Assembly (NCBI GenBank): GCA_049691175.1
Contig: JBAVNP010000113.1
Span: forward strand, 1-44,602
DNA from: Sedimentisphaerales bacterium
GTDB taxonomy: Bacteria > Planctomycetota > Phycisphaerae > Sedimentisphaerales > UBA12454
Direction: 5' to 3'
DNA length: 44,602 bases
Shown here in pieces: positions 16,414 to 26,263 of this stretch; the stretch's first letter is position 1, and each line of letters starts with the position of its first letter. The translations under genes and the position numbers were made by a program. The notes under the pieces were generated by a model. It searched no databases, had not been told where the DNA came from, and worked only from the letters and a program-made list of their open reading frames with translations.

Positions 16414-16548
16414 TTCTTTCAGTTCCTTTCAAAAATAATATACAAACTGATTTCGTGATTATACTACAGGTGAAAACAAAATATAAAAAAGAAAAAATAA
16501 AAATTTTTTTGTTAATCCGTCTCAAAAACAAAAATTTGCCGTAAAAGC

Positions 16549-16570
16549 AGTAATACCGGCCGGCATTACT
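16549..16570. other. 22-bp near-perfect palindrome AGTAATACCGGCCGGCATTACT in the pdaD/dnaK divergent region
   Basis: Read directly. The arms are 10 bp plus 1 A/C mismatch. No U-run fits either flanking gene as a terminator, because both genes are transcribed away from it. Confidence 0.5.
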
Positions 16571-16722
16571 ATGCCGGCGAGGCTAAACAGTTTTTAAATT
16601 TGTGTCAATTCGCGTTCATTCGTGGTTAATTGAGTAATAAATCTGCCAAAATGGCACTTGACAGCTTTTGGGCAGCGGTGTTAACCTGTTTATTCATAAA
16701 AGGTTAAGTTTTTTGCTTTTGT

Positions 16723-16738
16723 TGGCACAGACTTTGCA
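16723..16738 (+). promoter_or_regulatory. sigma-54 (-24/-12) type promoter upstream of dnaK
   Basis: TGGCAC-AGACT-TTGCA matches the TGGCAC-N5-TTGCW consensus exactly, with correct GG/GC spacing, 49 nt upstream of the dnaK ATG. Confidence 0.5.
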
Positions 16739-16786
16739 GTTTAGGCTTTTGAGCAAGATTTTTTTTGTCAAAAGGAGACAGAAACT

Positions 16787-18724
16787 ATGGCAAAGATTAT
16801 TGGAATAGATTTGGGAACGACGAACTCGGTCGTGGCGGTAATGGAAGGTTCACAGCCGAAGGTTCTGATAAACTCATCCGGCGGCAGATTAACGCCTTCA
16901 GTGGTGGGTTTTACCGACAAAGGCGAACGTCTTGTCGGCCAGATTGCCCGCCATCAGCAGGTAACCAATCCCGAAAACACCGTTTTTTCCATCAAGCGGT
17001 TTATGGGCCGCAGGCACAATGAAGTCGCAACTGAGGAAAAAACGGTGCCATATAAGGTAGTTGGCGGCTCAAACGAACTGGTAAAGGTAAACGTAAGAGG
17101 CAAGGAATATACTCCGCCGGAGGTTTCGGCGATGATTCTGCAGGACTTGAAAAAGACCGCTGAGGATTATCTCGGCGAAAAGGTCGAGCGTGCCGTAATT
17201 ACGGTTCCCGCCTACTTTAATGACGCACAGAGGCAGGCTACTAAAGACGCCGGCACAATAGCTGGTTTGAAGGTCGAGAGAATCATAAATGAACCGACCG
17301 CAGCGGCTCTCGCTTATGGCATAGAGAAAAAGAAGAATGAAAAGGTAGCCATATTCGACTTCGGCGGCGGCACATTTGATATTTCAATTCTCGATATCGG
17401 CGACAATGTTTTCGAGGTGCTCAGCACTAACGGAGATACCCATCTCGGCGGCGATGACCTTGATGAGATACTGATAAATTACCTCGCTGATGAGTTCAAG
17501 AAGACAGAAGGCATCGACTTACGCAAAGATCCAATGGCACACCAGCGACTCAAAGAGGCCGCCGAAAAGGCCAAGTGCGAGCTTTCTACTCAGGTTGAAA
17601 CAACGGTAAATCTGCCGTTTATTACGGCTGACGCTTCCGGGCCGAAACACTTGCAGTTAACACTTACACGAAGTAAATTCGAGGCACTGGTAGAGCCGAT
17701 ATTCGAAAGACTCAAAAAGCCCTGTGTTCAGGCATTGAGCGATGCAAAGATGAACCCATCCGATATAGCAGAGGTTCTACTTGTCGGCGGCTCAACAAGA
17801 ATCCCGAAGGTTCAGCAGATAGTCAAAGACCTGTTCAAAAAAGAGCCGAACAAGAGCCTCAATCCGGATGAGGTTGTGGCAATCGGCGCTGCTGTTCAGG
17901 GCGCTGTTCTTGCAGGCGATGCAGGCGTAAAGGATATTCTCCTTCTAGATGTTACGCCATTGTCTTTGGGCGTTGAGACGCTCGGCGGCGTTATGACAAA
18001 ATTGATTGAACGCAATACGACAATACCAACAAGCAAAAAGGAGATTTTCTCGACCGCTGCCGATAGTCAAATGACAGTCGATATTCACGTCCTGCAGGGC
18101 GAACGCGAGTTCGCACAGTATAACAGGACACTTGGCAGATTTCAGCTTTCCGATATTCCACCTGCTCCTCGCGGTATCCCGCAGATCGAGGTTGCTTTTG
18201 ATATTGACGCCAACGGCATATTGAATGTTTCGGCGAAAGACCTCGGCACCGGCAAACAGCAGTCGATTCAGATTAAGTCCAGTTCCGGCCTGAGCGATGA
18301 GGAAGTCAAGAAAATGCAAAGAGATGCCGAGGATCACTCTGCCGAAGACAAGAAGCGGCGAGAAGTGGTTGACCTCAAGAATCAGGCCGACCAGATGATT
18401 TATTCAACGGAAAAGACTCTTAAAGAGCACGGCGCTAAGGTTTCAGCCGATACGAGAGGCAAAATCGAATTGGCGGTAAATAACCTTAAAGAAGCCGCCA
18501 AGGGCGAAGACGGCCAGGCTATAAAGAATGCGATGGAAAACCTCAGCAATACTGCTCAGGAGCTTGGCAAAATTCTCTATGAAGATGCAGCCAAGAAGCA
18601 GGCCGGCCAGCCTCCGCCCCCGCCGGGAGCCAAACCTTCGGAGCCGAAGGGCGGCGAAGGCGAGGTTCACCGAAAAGGCGGCGACGATGTAATTGACGCA
18701 GAATTTGAAGCAAAAGACAAATAA
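16787..18724 (+). CDS. dnaK: molecular chaperone DnaK (Hsp70)
   Basis: The Hsp70 signatures [17 protein letters not shown] and [14 protein letters not shown] are present. The RBS is AAAGGAGA. Confidence 0.98.
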   Translation: MAKIIGIDLGTTNSVVAVMEGSQPKVLINSSGGRLTPSVVGFTDKGERLVGQIARHQQVTNPENTVFSIKRFMGRRHNEVATEEKTVPYKVVGGSNELVKVNVRGKEYTPPEVSAMILQDLKKTAEDYLGEKVERAVITVPAYFNDAQRQATKDAGTIAGLKVERIINEPTAAALAYGIEKKKNEKVAIFDFGGGTFDISILDIGDNVFEVLSTNGDTHLGGDDLDEILINYLADEFKKTEGIDLRKDPMAHQRLKEAAEKAKCELSTQVETTVNLPFITADASGPKHLQLTLTRSKFEALVEPIFERLKKPCVQALSDAKMNPSDIAEVLLVGGSTRIPKVQQIVKDLFKKEPNKSLNPDEVVAIGAAVQGAVLAGDAGVKDILLLDVTPLSLGVETLGGVMTKLIERNTTIPTSKKEIFSTAADSQMTVDIHVLQGEREFAQYNRTLGRFQLSDIPPAPRGIPQIEVAFDIDANGILNVSAKDLGTGKQQSIQIKSSSGLSDEEVKKMQRDAEDHSAEDKKRREVVDLKNQADQMIYSTEKTLKEHGAKVSADTRGKIELAVNNLKEAAKGEDGQAIKNAMENLSNTAQELGKILYEDAAKKQAGQPPPPPGAKPSEPKGGEGEVHRKGGDDVIDAEFEAKDK

Positions 18725-18754
18725 CGACATCGACTTCCAGATGCGTTTTCATAA

Positions 18755-18783
18755 CGGCCTCTGACACAACAGAGGCCGTTTTT
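18755..18783 (+). terminator. intrinsic terminator after dnaK
   Basis: CGGCCTCTG, loop ACACAA, CAGAGGCCG, then T5. The U-run overlaps the stop codon of the convergent mnmE. Confidence 0.85.
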
Positions 18784-20164
18784 ATTTACCGATGCAAAAA
18801 CGGGAGAAGATTTTTTCAAGTATTGCTTCGTCGATATGCTCAGCCTCGAAACTCGACAGGTTTTGAATCGCCGAACGCAAAAACATCGCAGCGATTTCTT
18901 CGTTATTTCTTTTCATTTCAGCAGAAACAGCTTCGATATTTTTAGCCGCTTCAATTACCGCAGTTTTATGTCTTTCGGTAAGAGCTGTTTTTTCAGCGGC
19001 CTCGGCTGTGTGCGAAGTTTGTTTGATTATATCCCGCTGTATAACCTCTTTAAGTTTATCAAGGCCGGTCAGATTTTTTGAGCTGGTTGCCAAAAAGTCG
19101 CAGCCGAAAACATTTTTCAGTTTTTTGATTTTTTCAGCGGTATTGGCATTATTTAATAAATCGCATTTTGCTGCCGCGTAAATTACAGGCTTTTTTGAAA
19201 GACATCTGAGAACTTCCAAATCGGTCGAATAATCCTTTTTTGTGATATCCGCACAGAAAATTATTACCATCGAATCCTCGATTGCCTTTAACGCTGCGGT
19301 GTTGGCAAGAGTTTGGATAATATCGGCAGGCTTAATGACGAGGCCGGCACAATCGAACAGGATGCAATCGCATTTGTCCAATTTCAGCCAGTGTTCAAGC
19401 ACATCGCGGGTCGTGCCGCTCTGGTCTGAAACGATGCTTCTTTTTGTTCCGACAAGCGCGTTCACAAGACTGCTCTTTCCTGCGTTTGCAGTGCCTGCAA
19501 TTATTACCGAAGGGGCGTCGATAATCTGCTCGAATGTGATTGAGCCGGCAAGAAGCTCATTGAGACTATCGTGAATTTCCCCCGCTCTTTCAATCGCCTT
19601 TTTTGCGCTGATTATTTCTATGTCTTCTGCGGCAAAATCCAGTCCTGCCTCGATTAAACTGAGAAGCTCAAGCATTTTCTCGCGAATCTGCCGAACTGTC
19701 TTTTCGACTGAGCCGCTAAAGAGCCTGCGGGCAGCGGATAACTGGTATTGGTTTGAGCTTTGAATCAGCTGTGCCACCGCCTCGGCCTGGGACAAATCCA
19801 TTTTCCCATTTACATAAGCCCTGTATGTAAACTCACCGGCCTGTGCCGCTCTGCCGCCAAGAGCGGAAACTTTTGAAAAAAGAATTTCGATAACTTCATT
19901 GCCTGCAAAAATATGAATTTCGGCAAGGTCCTCGCCCGTATAGGAATTCGGAGAAGGGAACAGGTAAAGTTTTGCTTCGATGGCAAAATCGTTTGCGATT
20001 TTCAGCAGGGCAGGTGCAATTTCTTTCTGTTTGCCCGGGCGATTGTCTTCGGCAAGCGATTTAAGAATGTCGAAAGTTTTATCGCCGCTGATACGTATGA
20101 TTTTCTTTATCGAAAAAGTTGTCCCGCTCGATACCGCAATTATCGTATCATCTATATTGTACAT
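18782..20164 (-). CDS. mnmE: tRNA modification GTPase MnmE (TrmE)
   Basis: G1 motif GTANAGKSSLVNAL and the C-terminal FCIGK motif characteristic of MnmE. 460 aa. Confidence 0.92.
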   Translation of the reverse strand: MYNIDDTIIAVSSGTTFSIKKIIRISGDKTFDILKSLAEDNRPGKQKEIAPALLKIANDFAIEAKLYLFPSPNSYTGEDLAEIHIFAGNEVIEILFSKVSALGGRAAQAGEFTYRAYVNGKMDLSQAEAVAQLIQSSNQYQLSAARRLFSGSVEKTVRQIREKMLELLSLIEAGLDFAAEDIEIISAKKAIERAGEIHDSLNELLAGSITFEQIIDAPSVIIAGTANAGKSSLVNALVGTKRSIVSDQSGTTRDVLEHWLKLDKCDCILFDCAGLVIKPADIIQTLANTAALKAIEDSMVIIFCADITKKDYSTDLEVLRCLSKKPVIYAAAKCDLLNNANTAEKIKKLKNVFGCDFLATSSKNLTGLDKLKEVIQRDIIKQTSHTAEAAEKTALTERHKTAVIEAAKNIEAVSAEMKRNNEEIAAMFLRSAIQNLSSFEAEHIDEAILEKIFSRFCIGK

Positions 20165-20233
20165 ATTTAAGACGTTCTCATAACAGTCACTTTAAAGTAT
20201 ATACTATTTTGAGGCAGAGAAATATATCGGATT

Positions 20234-21586
20234 TTAGCCTATAAAGATAGTTTCCGTTGCATACTCATAGAGAACGGGTTTTTGTCTGCCGATAAAGAAA
20301 AGGCACGCCGCCAAAGGTCCGATACGTCCAATGAACATTGTAACAATCAATACCATTTTGCCAATAGGACTCAAGCTGGAAGTTATGCCCATAGATAAGC
20401 CGGTGTTGCCGAGAGCCGAAACAGTTTCAAAGAGTATTTGCAGATAAGAGGCTTTTTCGGTTGCAGACAATACGACCATATCAACAATAATGATAAGAAT
20501 AAACCAGGCAAAAACGCTAAAGGCTCTATAGATAAGGTCAGGCAGGATTCTTCTTTTAAAGATATTAATATCTGTTCGCGTGGTTTTTAAATGAGACCAT
20601 AGAAATACGAACAAAAGGCCAAGTGTTGAAGTTTTTATTCCGCCACCAGTGCTGCCTGGCGAAGCGCCGATAAACATAAGAAACATAATGAAAGTAAGGC
20701 TTGTTGGCGTCATTGCGCCGATATCGAGGGTGTTAAAACCATCCGTGGTAGAGGCGGAAACAGCCTGAAAAACCGATGCCATAAATTTTTGGCCGGGATT
20801 TGTTGACTGCGACCAATTTTCAGCAAAAAAGATGACGGCTGTGCCGAGGGACATAACAGCAAAGGAAACAAGGATTACAAGTTTGGAGTGCGCGGATAAT
20901 CTTCTGGGGTATTGTTTCCTTAGTATTTTGAGAAAATAAATACATAAATCATAGAGAACGATAAAACCGATACCACCGGCAATTGATACAACTATAATGG
21001 TAATATTCATTACGGAACTTGTTTTATATCTCATAAGACTGTCGGAGAATATGCCAAAGCCCGCGGTGCAGAACGTTGAAACAGAATGGAAAATACCCAA
21101 ATAAATTGCTCGACCCAGTGGGAATTCCTTACTCCAAAACAACGTTAAAACGATTGCACCTGCCGTCTCAAACAGGAAAGTAAATGTCAGAACCGACAGG
21201 AAAAATCTGCCCAGCATCCTATAATCGGGACCCGATAACGATTCTCGCGCGACCGCTTTTGCGATTACAGGCAGTTCCATCTGAAGCAGATACGCCAATG
21301 ATATAATAAATGTCATATAACCGATGCCGCCGATTTGAAATGTGCATAAAAGCACAATCTGGCCGAACATACTATAGTAAGAGCCGATATCAACGGGTGT
21401 TAGCCCTGAAGTGCTGATGCCTGACGTGGCAACAAACAAAGCATCGAGAAATGGCTGGTGTTTTCCTGCGGCAGTAGAAATGGGCAGCGACAAAAGGAAT
21501 GCACCAAAAAATACAACCAGACCATAACCTGAAACAAGAATCTGAAACGCGGTCAGATTCCTCAACCGGTCTTTTATGGTATTCAT
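20234..21586 (-). CDS. trkH: TrkH/KtrB-family potassium uptake membrane protein
   Basis: Four P-loop-like glycine motifs spread along a polytopic protein: STSGLT, CTAGFG, TTDGFN and GNTGLS. Confidence 0.88.
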   Translation of the reverse strand: MNTIKDRLRNLTAFQILVSGYGLVVFFGAFLLSLPISTAAGKHQPFLDALFVATSGISTSGLTPVDIGSYYSMFGQIVLLCTFQIGGIGYMTFIISLAYLLQMELPVIAKAVARESLSGPDYRMLGRFFLSVLTFTFLFETAGAIVLTLFWSKEFPLGRAIYLGIFHSVSTFCTAGFGIFSDSLMRYKTSSVMNITIIVVSIAGGIGFIVLYDLCIYFLKILRKQYPRRLSAHSKLVILVSFAVMSLGTAVIFFAENWSQSTNPGQKFMASVFQAVSASTTDGFNTLDIGAMTPTSLTFIMFLMFIGASPGSTGGGIKTSTLGLLFVFLWSHLKTTRTDINIFKRRILPDLIYRAFSVFAWFILIIIVDMVVLSATEKASYLQILFETVSALGNTGLSMGITSSLSPIGKMVLIVTMFIGRIGPLAACLFFIGRQKPVLYEYATETIFIG

Positions 21587-21618
21587 TTTTCCCTTTACCC
21601 TTGGGCAAAGGGGCGCAA

Positions 21619-21642
21619 TAAAAAAACTGCCGGGCGGCAGTT
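21619..21642 (-). terminator. intrinsic terminator acting as the expression platform of the c-di-AMP riboswitch
   Basis: Minus strand: AACUGCCG-CCC-GGCAGUU followed by U7, located between the aptamer and the trkH RBS. Confidence 0.7.
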
Positions 21643-21664
21643 CTCTATCTTTGCCATTGCCCTT

Positions 21665-21788
21665 TCAAATGCCTACGAGGTTAGCTGACGGGCGAGGGCT
21701 TGAAAGTGCCCCTCCCGATTTTCATCGGGATAAGCCCCAAAGTTTGGGTCCCCCGTATTTGTGCAATTACGCACAAATCTCGGCTACA
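21665..21788 (-). promoter_or_regulatory. c-di-AMP riboswitch aptamer (ydaO/yuaA class)
   Basis: The minus strand carries the class-defining blocks ACGGGGGACCCA, GGGGCUUAUCCCGA and CGCCCGUCAGCUAACCUCGUAGGC, in the correct order and spacing, in the leader of a K+ transporter gene (the classic regulon of this riboswitch class). Confidence 0.85.
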
Positions 21789-21901
21789 ATAATTATTCAC
21801 TTGTCGAGTATATTTTCCCTTATATAAGATTAAATGTCAAATGAATAATTTCCCCTAAGTGCTTGTTGTCAAAGAAGTTATTCACATGATTTTGCCGGTT
21901 A

Positions 21902-23899
21902 TTACGAAAACTTAATAGGCGGTTTTGGCTTTTTCTTTTTTAATTTTCCGCCAAGTTTGCTCGTTGTGGGCACAAGGCCTGTCTGTTCAAGTGCTTCTTT
22001 TTCCTGAATGTGTTTTTTTATGACGTATTGCTCAACAACTCCGGCAATCGTGCTCGACATTATGTAAAGATTTAGTCCCGAAGGTGCCCTGTAGAGAAAC
22101 AGAAGCATCATTACAGGCATCATCCACATCATCATTTTCTGCTGCTGAGCCGCCTGCGGATTTGTCGCAGCCGACGAGGAAGGCATAAGTTTCTGCTGCG
22201 CGAACATCGCCACACCGAGCAGAATCGGCAGCAGGTTGAAACTTGTACCGATGAAAGAGCCGATAAACGGGATTTTTTCGGCAGCGGCAGGAAAATAAAA
22301 CAGCGCATCAACGGTCGAAAGGTCTGTTATCCAGAACGGCAGGAATTTCGCTCCCCTGAACTCGATGCCTGCGTAAATGGCGCTGTAAAGCGCAATCCAG
22401 ATAGGCATCTGAAGCAGCATAGGCAGACAGCCCATTACCGGCGCCGCACCGTGCTCTTTATAAAGCGACATCATTTGCTTGTTCATTTCCGCTTTATTGT
22501 CGGCATACTTCTGCTTTATTTCCTCGGCTTTCGGCGCCAGCTTTGACATCTTCATCATTGAAATCTGGCTTTTCTTCGTAATCGGATGCAGTATAAGCCG
22601 CACGATAAAAACGAAAATTATAATAACAACGCCGTAGTTATGAACGTACTGATACAGCCAGTTCATAGCGCTGAGGATTAAGAAGCTCAGGCGGCTGAAT
22701 GTATTTCCGAAACAGGCCTGGAAATCAATTACATTCATAAAGCCGAGCTTGTTATAAAGCGGGTTGGCGCTGAAGAGATGTCTGTCTTTCGGCCCTATGT
22801 AAAGCTGATAATCGCATTTCTGTTCTTTTCCCGGTGCAAGGTTAATCGGCGTGGTTTGCAGTAAAATGCCCGCGTTTTCGTCGCCGCTGTTCATTATTCT
22901 GTCGGGGTCATATTCCAGCGCGACTTTCTGCAGTATCCATTCCGGCGACAAATTGTTCGCCTCCTGCGGAACAGGCCTTACAATCGCGGTGAAGTATTTA
23001 TTTGACAGAGAAGTCCATAAAAATTTATAGTCGGCGTTTTTGGGAATCAAAAATCCTTCCCTGCTGCCGAACACTTTGGCTAATTTCGTGATGTTTAGTT
23101 TCTCTGCCGCGATGGTTCCCTGAGGGGTTAAAAAACCTGTCGTAATTGTCCTTGTGTCTATTCTTTCCTGTTCTTTTGAAATTCCCGCGGGGCCGAGCAT
23201 TTCAAGGGAAGTTTTAATCTCGGCGTCGCTTGCGTTAGCGATAACGACAGAGCAGTCCAGCAGGTAATCTTGGGGCTTTAAAGTGTATGTTTTCGTTAAT
23301 TTGATAAATTCGCCGCCGTCTTTGAGTATTATCGCGTAAAAACTTATCGTCTGTGAGCCGTCGCTATTTTGAGTTGCGCCGCTGCTTTGCCAATTCAGCT
23401 TGTCGAGAGGAAAGGATTTTGTCATAGCCGGCAGCAGCAGTCTTTCGCTTGACATAGTATTTGCCGTATCAACTGTCGAAAGAAGTTCAAGAGGTTGAGG
23501 ATTTTTGCGGTCGCGGTTGTCGTAGTCTCGAAGTCTTACGGACGAAACAGCTGCGCCTTTTGTGGTAAGCGTAATCTGGAGCTTATAAGGATTTTCTTTT
23601 GCAAGTAAAACCGAGCCGAGCGTAAATGTTTTTTCCTTGGCGCTGGCAGCGGTAATCTGCGGCGCGGAAGTGTCTCTATCCGGCAGAGAGGTAATCTGGG
23701 GCAGAGCCTTCGGGGCAGGCAAATTAACCTCGGCGGCGAGCGTCAAAATCCCCTGCGGATTATTCTGCTGTCCTGACCTGCCGCCTCGACTCGCGTCGAG
23801 AGACGCGGAGGCGGGAAATATGCCTGAGTTGAATATCAAAATAGTGCATATAATCAGATATGCGGAAACAAAGAGGATGGCCAGTTTTTTTACATCCAT
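21902..23899 (-). CDS. yidC: membrane protein insertase YidC (long form with a large periplasmic domain)
   Basis: 665 aa: N-terminal TM helix, a periplasmic domain of about 380 aa, then the conserved 5-TM core (HPITKKSQISMMKMSKLAPKAEEIKQKY, GCLPMLLQMPIWIALY) and a basic C-terminal tail. Confidence 0.9.
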   Translation of the reverse strand: MDVKKLAILFVSAYLIICTILIFNSGIFPASASLDASRGGRSGQQNNPQGILTLAAEVNLPAPKALPQITSLPDRDTSAPQITAASAKEKTFTLGSVLLAKENPYKLQITLTTKGAAVSSVRLRDYDNRDRKNPQPLELLSTVDTANTMSSERLLLPAMTKSFPLDKLNWQSSGATQNSDGSQTISFYAIILKDGGEFIKLTKTYTLKPQDYLLDCSVVIANASDAEIKTSLEMLGPAGISKEQERIDTRTITTGFLTPQGTIAAEKLNITKLAKVFGSREGFLIPKNADYKFLWTSLSNKYFTAIVRPVPQEANNLSPEWILQKVALEYDPDRIMNSGDENAGILLQTTPINLAPGKEQKCDYQLYIGPKDRHLFSANPLYNKLGFMNVIDFQACFGNTFSRLSFLILSAMNWLYQYVHNYGVVIIIFVFIVRLILHPITKKSQISMMKMSKLAPKAEEIKQKYADNKAEMNKQMMSLYKEHGAAPVMGCLPMLLQMPIWIALYSAIYAGIEFRGAKFLPFWITDLSTVDALFYFPAAAEKIPFIGSFIGTSFNLLPILLGVAMFAQQKLMPSSSAATNPQAAQQQKMMMWMMPVMMLLFLYRAPSGLNLYIMSSTIAGVVEQYVIKKHIQEKEALEQTGLVPTTSKLGGKLKKKKPKPPIKFS

Positions 23900-23904
23900 G
23901 ACTT

Positions 23905-24681
23905 TTATTGTCCTTCGCTCAATCTGTCGGCTTCGAAATTGTCAAGTTCCTCGACAGCATAGATTTTACTCTGCGTGGTTTTGTAATCGTATGCAAGCCT
24001 TACAAAATGGACGTTGTTCTTTTCGACATAAACGTAGCTTGCCCTGTTGTCTCTGTCCCTGGGCTGGCCTACGGAGCCGACGTTTATAATAGCCCTTTCC
24101 TCCGGTACTATCGGATAGACATAATCAAGCTCGTCCGGAGCGTAGAAGTCGGGGTCGTCGAGAAAAACGCCCGGCAAATGAGTATGCCCTATGAAGCAGA
24201 TATGCCTGACACGGTCGAATTGTGCGGTTATTTTTGCCGGCGTTGTATATACATCGTCCGGGAAAATATATTCATTGATAGGTCTTCTCGGTGAAGCGTG
24301 CACAAAGTCCAGAATGGCTTTTGCGCCGTCAAGTTCCATAGAAAGAGTCCATCTCATTTGCTGGCTGCCCAGATAATTCCAGCGGTTGTGCCGTTTTTCA
24401 GGCCCCTGTTCGATTTCGAGCTGGTTTCTCGTCCAGAAGCTCGCCCGTTCGGCGCCGAGATTGAAATTTGTCGGTTCGTACAATATCGCATAGTCGTGAT
24501 TGCCCATCACACAGGCCTGTGTTTTTGCAATTACAAGGTCGAGACAGTCCTTTGGGTCCGGGCCGTAACCGATTATGTCACCAAGGCAGTAAACAGTCTT
24601 TATGCCCCGGTTTTCAATATCGGCCAGCACGGTTGTCAACGCTTCGAGATTCGAGTGTATATCGCTTATTATCGCAAACAT
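23905..24681 (-). CDS. calcineurin-like metallophosphoesterase
   Basis: Motifs SDIHSN, GDIIGYG, GNHD and GHTH. It ends 5 nt upstream of yidC on the same strand. Confidence 0.85.
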   Translation of the reverse strand: MFAIISDIHSNLEALTTVLADIENRGIKTVYCLGDIIGYGPDPKDCLDLVIAKTQACVMGNHDYAILYEPTNFNLGAERASFWTRNQLEIEQGPEKRHNRWNYLGSQQMRWTLSMELDGAKAILDFVHASPRRPINEYIFPDDVYTTPAKITAQFDRVRHICFIGHTHLPGVFLDDPDFYAPDELDYVYPIVPEERAIINVGSVGQPRDRDNRASYVYVEKNNVHFVRLAYDYKTTQSKIYAVEELDNFEADRLSEGQ

Positions 24682-24812
24682 GCAGCATTCCTGCTTATCT
24701 GAATTACTATCTATTCACAGCCAGAGGAGGTGTTTATACCAGAAAAATTACTGTTATTCCAGTGTCAAATAAAACAACTGCAAAGAAAACCTGTGCTATC
24801 CGGAAATGGTGG

Positions 24813-25751
24813 TTATTCCTCTTTAGTTCCTTCGAGCCAATACTCTGACATAACTTGTAAATCATTGAAGTTAACGGGGCCGTCTCCGGTCAGGTCGGTG
24901 CCAAGCAGACAGTTGGTGTTGGGGTCGTTATAAAGGGCTGGGTCGCTGTCAGGGTCGTTGTGGATGTTGGGGTCATTACAGTTGCAGAGCCAATCTGCAA
25001 CAAAAATGGCCAAATCCTGGAAATTTACCGTGCAGTCACAGCTAAAGTCGCCGGTTACTAGCGGGTCGTGGCACAGAACAAGTCCGTCAACGGCAAAATA
25101 TGTATCATAGCCGTCATCCCCTACATAATCACTGACGAATATAGTCAGGTCATAGGTACCTGCCTGATTAACATCAAAGGTATATTCAAATCTCTTCCAG
25201 CCGCTCATCGAATTATCCGTGTAGGCGCCGATGCTTCCCACCTGATTGACATCCACATGAACAATATTCACATCCTGAAAGTTTAAATCTGCCGGAACGA
25301 GCTTTATTTCTGCCCAGTCGTTAAATTCCGGGTAGTACGATATATAATCACAAGTGCCGAAAAAGTATACACCGGTAAGTTTGTCGCCGGCTTCAATGGT
25401 AATACTCTGCTGGACTTTTGCATATATCGACACCCCAGGGACATCTCCCGTGCTAATCACGAGAAAGTGTTCTCCCTCAAAAGGAAACAGTCCGGTTGTG
25501 GTGTCAATCCGCCAGTTTGTGAACTGACCTTGATATTCCGCTGGATGAGGTATAAAATTCCCAACAACATCAGCATAGTTTTCATGCTGCCAGCCTATAG
25601 GGACGTTAATATCAGGAACCTCGTTAAACTCGTAAAGCTCGTAAAGCTCAAATCCTCCGTTATTGACATCAGAAGCACAAAAGCCTTGCGTGGTTAGAAC
25701 GACAGCGATCAGGCTAATAGCATTCCAAAGATGCATGCGTTTACTGCTCAT
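24813..25751 (-). CDS. secreted jelly-roll/CBM-like protein with a dockerin-like C-terminal module
   Basis: Signal peptide, then an NGGFE...GW-type beta-sandwich N-domain. The C-terminus carries two EF-hand/dockerin-like segments: GDFSCDCTVNFQDLAIFVADWL and DLTGDGPVNFNDLQVMSEYWL. Confidence 0.7.
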   Translation of the reverse strand: MSSKRMHLWNAISLIAVVLTTQGFCASDVNNGGFELYELYEFNEVPDINVPIGWQHENYADVVGNFIPHPAEYQGQFTNWRIDTTTGLFPFEGEHFLVISTGDVPGVSIYAKVQQSITIEAGDKLTGVYFFGTCDYISYYPEFNDWAEIKLVPADLNFQDVNIVHVDVNQVGSIGAYTDNSMSGWKRFEYTFDVNQAGTYDLTIFVSDYVGDDGYDTYFAVDGLVLCHDPLVTGDFSCDCTVNFQDLAIFVADWLCNCNDPNIHNDPDSDPALYNDPNTNCLLGTDLTGDGPVNFNDLQVMSEYWLEGTKEE

Positions 25752-25896
25752 CTTGTCTTGATAATGGCAACTAATGCCATCTTCTCAACTATTATTTTAT
25801 TATAACCCACAAATACAGAAAATCAAGCAAAATTGGCCTCCCAAAATATAAGTTTAGACGATAATCCATCAAAAAACAATGAATAGACACAATTTC

Positions 25897-25916
25897 AGCA
25901 GTTTTTAGCAGTTTTT
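25897..25916. repeat. perfect 10-bp tandem direct repeat (AGCAGTTTTT x2) in a divergent intergenic region
   Basis: Read directly. Confidence 0.6.
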
Positions 25917-26101
25917 ATAGGACTCGTGCCTTCAATAATCCGAGTTTTAAAAATAAATTACACCAGTTTTAGTTTGTAACTGCTTATAAACAAAGGACAT
26001 ATAAATTTTTATACATATATGTTTTCAAAGGCAACCTTCTGTAACGATTTTAGCAAGTTAATTTATATATGATGTTTTTGAATAGTTGCGGCTAATTTAT
26101 C

Positions 26102-26130
26102 TTGACAATATTGCCCAATTCTGATATTTT
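26102..26130 (+). promoter_or_regulatory. candidate sigma-70 promoter for the LRR protein gene
   Basis: TTGACA-N17-TATTTT. It would give a leader of about 130 nt containing the hairpin TCCGG-N8-CCGGA (26221-26238). Confidence 0.5.
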
Positions 26131-26263
26131 AAAGGTTGCTTGTAAAGTTAGGGAAATTAGGCAGGGAAGGGAAAATGCGACAATTTTTGAATTGCATAGG
26201 TGAGTGATACCACCAATTCTTTCCGGTGTAGAAACCGGACTAATGATTAAGGAGGTACTTTTT

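Noticed and set aside
16414-16786. CIRCE/HrcA operator or sigma-32 promoter upstream of dnaK; also ORFs 16166..16531 (-) and 16266..16544 (+)
   Set aside because: No TTAGCACTC-N9-GAGTGCTAA-like inverted repeat and no CTTGAAA/CCCCAT pair is present. The two ORFs run through low-complexity A/T-rich promoter DNA and overlap the pdaD start, and their composition is not protein-like.
21576-21827. 83-aa plus-strand ORF between trkH and yidC
   Set aside because: It lies directly antisense to the c-di-AMP riboswitch and terminator, has no RBS, and is better explained as structured-RNA sequence.
21790-21870. Promoter for the riboswitch-trkH transcript (TTGACA on the minus strand near 21835-21840)
   Set aside because: The best -10 candidate (TATACT) lies 22 nt from the TTGACA, and other pairings have 8-16 nt spacers. 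I could not define a convincing -35/-10 pair, so no promoter feature is reported.
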